A stretch of DNA of 63,998 nucleotides, counting the filler, from Ionaspis alba (lineage: Eukaryota), in the NCBI GenBank assembly GCA_964255285.1. It is 3 parts of 3 records of this genome, joined end to end, with 100 filler letters (N's around TTAATTAATTAA, not from the genome) between each part and the next. Parts side by side here need not be neighbours in the genome. Positions count along the whole stretch, not along the records: positions 46,715 to 63,998 come from CAXUUL010000323.1; 2 more parts are not named here. One strand, 5' to 3'. The stretch's first letter is position 1; the number at the start of each line of letters is the position of its first letter. A program made the translations under genes and the position numbers. Positions 59,901-63,998 of this stretch are shown here, piece by piece. Under the pieces are notes generated by a model that was not told where the DNA came from, made no database searches, and saw nothing but the letters and a program-made list of their open reading frames with translations.

Positions 59901-60803
59901 CACCGAGTCTGGTGTGGCAGGCGGAGACTTTTGGAAGAGCGGCGGAGGTATTGACGTAGTCGGGAGGTTGCCTGGTATTGATCGTGGGAAATTGAAGCGT
60001 GGTACTTCTAAGGCTGGAAGGTCATGTAGTATTCTCGGGCTTATCATTACGGCTCAGCTATCGGCCGGCATATGAAATGTCATCGTTCGTATAGAACAGG
60101 GCAAAGGCAAGAGAGGGTGTGATCAAGCCGCCCCTCCCTTATAGTGAATTTATGGAAGATAGTTGGTATGTATTTTATTCAATGCATCGACTATCGGGCG
60201 GAGAGAGTTCCGAACAGAGACTGTTTGATACGTCCATCCTAACTTCGGACCTGTCTACAGGTCAGCCGTGTCAGTCGCGCTAGGAACAGGACAGTCTAGT
60301 ACGGAGCCCGGGCGGACAGGGGCATCGCCGCATTCAGAAAGTACCAAGCGTGACCCGCCCTGAAACCTCAGAACAACAGAAGTCGGAACAGAGGAAAACG
60401 GCAAGGAAGAGCCAACACCGTTTTGCAAAGAGAGGGGAACGGAGTGTGCTGGAAGTTGTTTTTGCTTTCTACTTCAGATTAATATACTACCGCTACTATA
60501 CTCAACCTTCGCGCCATCCTTCCACCTACCACTTTTCGCGACTTCGCATTTTCCGTCATGTGAGTGTCCACATCCGGCGCGCCTTACCCAGTCCAATTCC
60601 GAGGCCACAGTTTGAGATCCTCAAAGCTCCGATGACGGTTGATGCGACTCCAACAATTGGTCGAGATAGTCACGATAGGCGGATCTCATCCCGATTACCA
60701 TTCTTCACCTTTCGCAAGCGTGAAGAACCGACAATAAGAAGAGGAGGGGATTATTCACAACTTGCACCTCTGGCTACGTGAGGCAGGGCCTCCCGTGCTG
60801 ATC

Positions 60804-63800
60804 ATGATGCCTTCATCGAACTCGTCGAATGATCTCAAATCACGGCAGTCCTCCGGTGGAAAATCGTTTTTCAGCAGACTGCACAGAGACAAATCAGCAG
60901 AATCAAGAGCTTTCGAAAATAGTGGATTATACCCCGAACCACATAGTGGCAGCAGCAGTATCAATGGCTCAACATCTTCACGACATTCCCACAAACCTTC
61001 GGTCTCTTTGGATATGGATAGCGGATTGGATGGTCACAATCTACACATGACAGCCGGTGTCATCACATCGATACCATACGATAGTCTTTCCGCGAACAGC
61101 AAGACCCCTATACCAGTCGACTACCTTCCCAGAAATGATCAGGTACCTGCGCGAAGGGAACCGTTGCCACATCACTTGAACAAGGGAGGAGGGGACTACC
61201 ACCAATATCCCGCTTGGGATCCGGAAAGAGCGCCAAGCAATGGTTCATCACATCCTACAGGTCCTAGGCCTCCACCGCACGGCTCTCAATCCACAGTCAC
61301 CTCGGTTTCGTCACGAAATAAACAGCCACAAAATACCAGGCCTGGCACGGCGGTGAGCCTTCAAAATGGCTCGCATGAGGGAGTCGATTCCTACTCTACT
61401 GTCGGCTCTTCATCGAACGGACGAAAATCCTTCGACCAGGCCAGCATCTACTCTTCCGTCTCCTCTGCCACACGAGGCTCCAGCATTTTCTCCTCCGATA
61501 ACTCCTCTCGAACCGCAGTACCATCCTACGTCCAAGACAACACCCTTCGACCGACTTCCTCCCATTCCCCATCTCGCCAATCCCAAATGTCCCAAACAGC
61601 ATGGCATCCGCAACAACCACCATCATTCAACTCCGGCCCCTCCTTTAACCCCGAAGGCTTCACTCTCCATCCACCAAATGACGAAAAAGTAATAGAACAG
61701 CTGTTCATCGCCTTAATGCACAAACGTGGATGGCAAAATCTCCCAGATCAGGCCAGGCGGCAGATGATGGCTTATCCGCCCGCAAAGAAATGGACGCTGG
61801 TGCATCAGGACAAGTTGACGGAGTGGCAGGGGGAGCAGAAGAGAAAACAGCATGCGAGGCAAACCCTCCATGGTGCTGACGGTGCTATGGGTGTGTTGGG
61901 TAGAGCAGACGAGGAGGGCAGCCCTGAGTGGTTTGTCAGAAGAATCCTGGATGATACTATCAATGCGAAGCAGCTGCAGAGCTTGAGTGTTAGTCTAAGA
62001 ACTCAGCCTATCAGGTAAGCCGAAATGCCGAGGTAATCCTCATGTTCTTGCTTACATCGAACAGCTGGGTCAAGTCCTTTGTGGAAGCTCAAGGTCAAGT
62101 AGCTTTGACGAATGTCCTAGCCAAAATCAACCGGCGTCAGGCCCAAGGTCCAGCTCCTTCTTCTGGCACCACCAGCGATAAGGATCTGGATCGAGAGTAC
62201 GACATCGTAAAATGTCTTAAGGCACTGATGAACAACAAGTATGGCGCCGACGATGCTCTTGGTCACCAACAGGTTATCGTTTCTTTGGCGACGTCCCTTA
62301 TCTCTCCACGATTGACTACACGAAAACTCGTGAGCGAAGTCCTTACATTCTTATGCCACTGGGGAGAAGGCGAGGGGCATCTGAAGGTGCTCCAAGCTAT
62401 GGACCATGTCAAGCATCAGCAGGGCGAGAACGGTCGATTTGATGCTTGGATGAGGATAGTTGAGGTCACTATCGGTGGGAGAGGGAAGATGGGAAGTCTG
62501 GTTGGTGCTAGTGAAGAGGTCCGAAGTGGAGGCATTGGCATGGAGAACCTCCTGATGGAATATGCTGTGGCTTCCCTATTTCTGCTCAACATGATCATCG
62601 ATGCGCCGGAACACGACCTCCAGCTACGATGTCATATTCGAGCACAATTCACATCATGCGGTATCAAGCGAATCCTAACCAAGATGGAGGGCTTCCAATA
62701 CGATGTCATCGATAAGCAGGTGGAGAGGTATCGGGAGAACGAAGCCATCGACTACGAAGACCTTCTGCAGCGGGAGAATAGCAGTATCAAGGATAGCATA
62801 GGAAGCGATGTCAAGGATATGCATGACCCAACACAGATCGTGGATGCTATCATGATGAAGGTTCAGGGTAGTCGTGCGCAGGACTATTTCCTTTCCGCAA
62901 TGCAGCATATGCTACTTATTCGGGACAATGATGGAGAAGATAGGCTACGCATGTTCCAGCTCGTCGATGCCATGCTCAGCTATGTTGCGATGGATAGAAG
63001 GCTTCCAGATATGGATCTCAAGCAAAGTCTCAACTTCTCTGTCCAGAGTCTCCTGGACAGGCTGCATACAGACTCCGAAGCTCGTCAGGCTCTCGATGAA
63101 GCGACGGAATCCAGGCAGATTGCCGATTCGGCAATGGCTGAGAGGGATGAGATGAAGTCGCAGGTGGAACTTGGTGCTAATGGTCTTGTTGCAAAGTTGC
63201 AGAAACAAGTACAGGAGCAGGCTGCCATAATTGATCTCCAGGGACGGCAGAATGAGGCTCTCAAAGCGGAGCTGGCAGAACTGCAGCGACTACGTGCTCA
63301 GGATTTACAGCGCAACGAGTTGGAGACTCGAGAGCTGTATCTCATGTTACGTGATGCACAAGATGTTGCAGCATCTTCAGCCAACAGAAGTGGTAAAGAC
63401 CAATTCTCGACTTCTGATCCTAAGCAGATGCAGGGCATTTTGGACCGAGAAAAGCTCATGGAGCGACTGGAAATTCAACTCGAAAGATCCAAGACTCAGT
63501 GCAAGTTGGAAGGCAAAGTCTGGCAGCAAGCTGGTCCTTCAGATAGACTACGGGAATTGCGGGAGAAGATGGATGGTGAATTGGGTCCACAAGATTCTCT
63601 TCCGTCCCACTTAAAGCAATTTAACAATGCCATGGTAACTTCCGGACCTCCCAGACGAAAGCCTGTCAACGATTCCCGGCGGCTTGCCCTTGGAACTTTC
63701 TCTGGCGCTCCAGGCATAGACGAGTTGGTCGACAGTGAGAGCGGGGACGCCGTTATCTATGAGAAACCACGGCTCGTCGAGATGAAGAGACCGAAAATGG

Positions 63801-63998
63801 ATCCAAAGCAAGCGACCGGACTCCTAGGTGAGATCGCCTCAAAGGTCCGCCGCTTTGATGCTAGCGAAGACGAAGACGAAGGCATCACCACGGGTCCTTC
63901 TCATCCAAGCCTCGAGTCTGATTCGCCGAAAACCCCATCGGACGAAGGTGCTCCCAAGCAGTCAAGTGGTTTTACGGGGCCTCCACCGCCCCCACCGC
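60804..63998 (+). CDS. sepA: Formin SepA/Bni1, 5' part (GBD, FH3, coiled coil, start of FH1); runs off the window
   Basis: KRGWQNLPDQARRQMMAYPPAKKWTLVHQD, GSPEWFV, SLSVSLRTQPI/SWVKSFVEAQGQ (intron 62015-62064), EYDIVKCLKALMNNKYGA, RKLVSEVLTFLC and LRCHIRAQF. The poly-Pro FH1 begins at the window end. Confidence 0.96.

Noticed and set aside
60350..60781. 143-aa ORF upstream of the formin (possible uORF)
   Set aside because: Starts at GTG, has no recognisable motif and no other support.
1..63998. tRNA, rRNA, transposon or CRISPR features
   Set aside because: None recognised by eye: no transposase or RT motifs, terminal repeats, AT-rich RIP tracts or spaced arrays. Small ncRNAs cannot be excluded without a covariance-model search.

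Overview
Fungal (filamentous ascomycete, Pezizomycotina) nuclear DNA: gene-dense, with short GT-AG introns and CTRAY-type branch points. The window is not one locus. Two 100-nt spacers (N44-TTAATTAATTAA-N44, at 23277-23376 and 46615-46714) join three separate contigs, and there are three 100-N scaffold gaps. Segment A (1-23276): orphan Cys-repeat gene, CDC4, HOP1, a Ser-rich hypothetical, a UDP-galactose transporter, MER3 and a truncated LRR gene. Segment B (23377-46614): a PXA-PX sorting nexin, a RING/ankyrin-like gene, a DDHD phospholipase, fimbrin, RFT1, DBP3, a probable monopolin Mde4-like gene, OST3/6 and a SesB-like hydrolase-patatin fusion. Segment C (46715-63998): a CFEM-GPI gene, a HeLo-like/pseudokinase/ZZ gene, several hypotheticals and the formin sepA. 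The two best candidates for new biology are possible fungal immune or cell-death genes that the ORF track splits into pieces: (1) an MLKL-like HeLo-like + coiled-coil + pseudokinase + ZZ-finger protein, and (2) a tandem fusion of two NLR-type effector enzymes (SesB-like + patatin) with no NOD domain. All family calls come from reading motifs by eye; no database searches were run.
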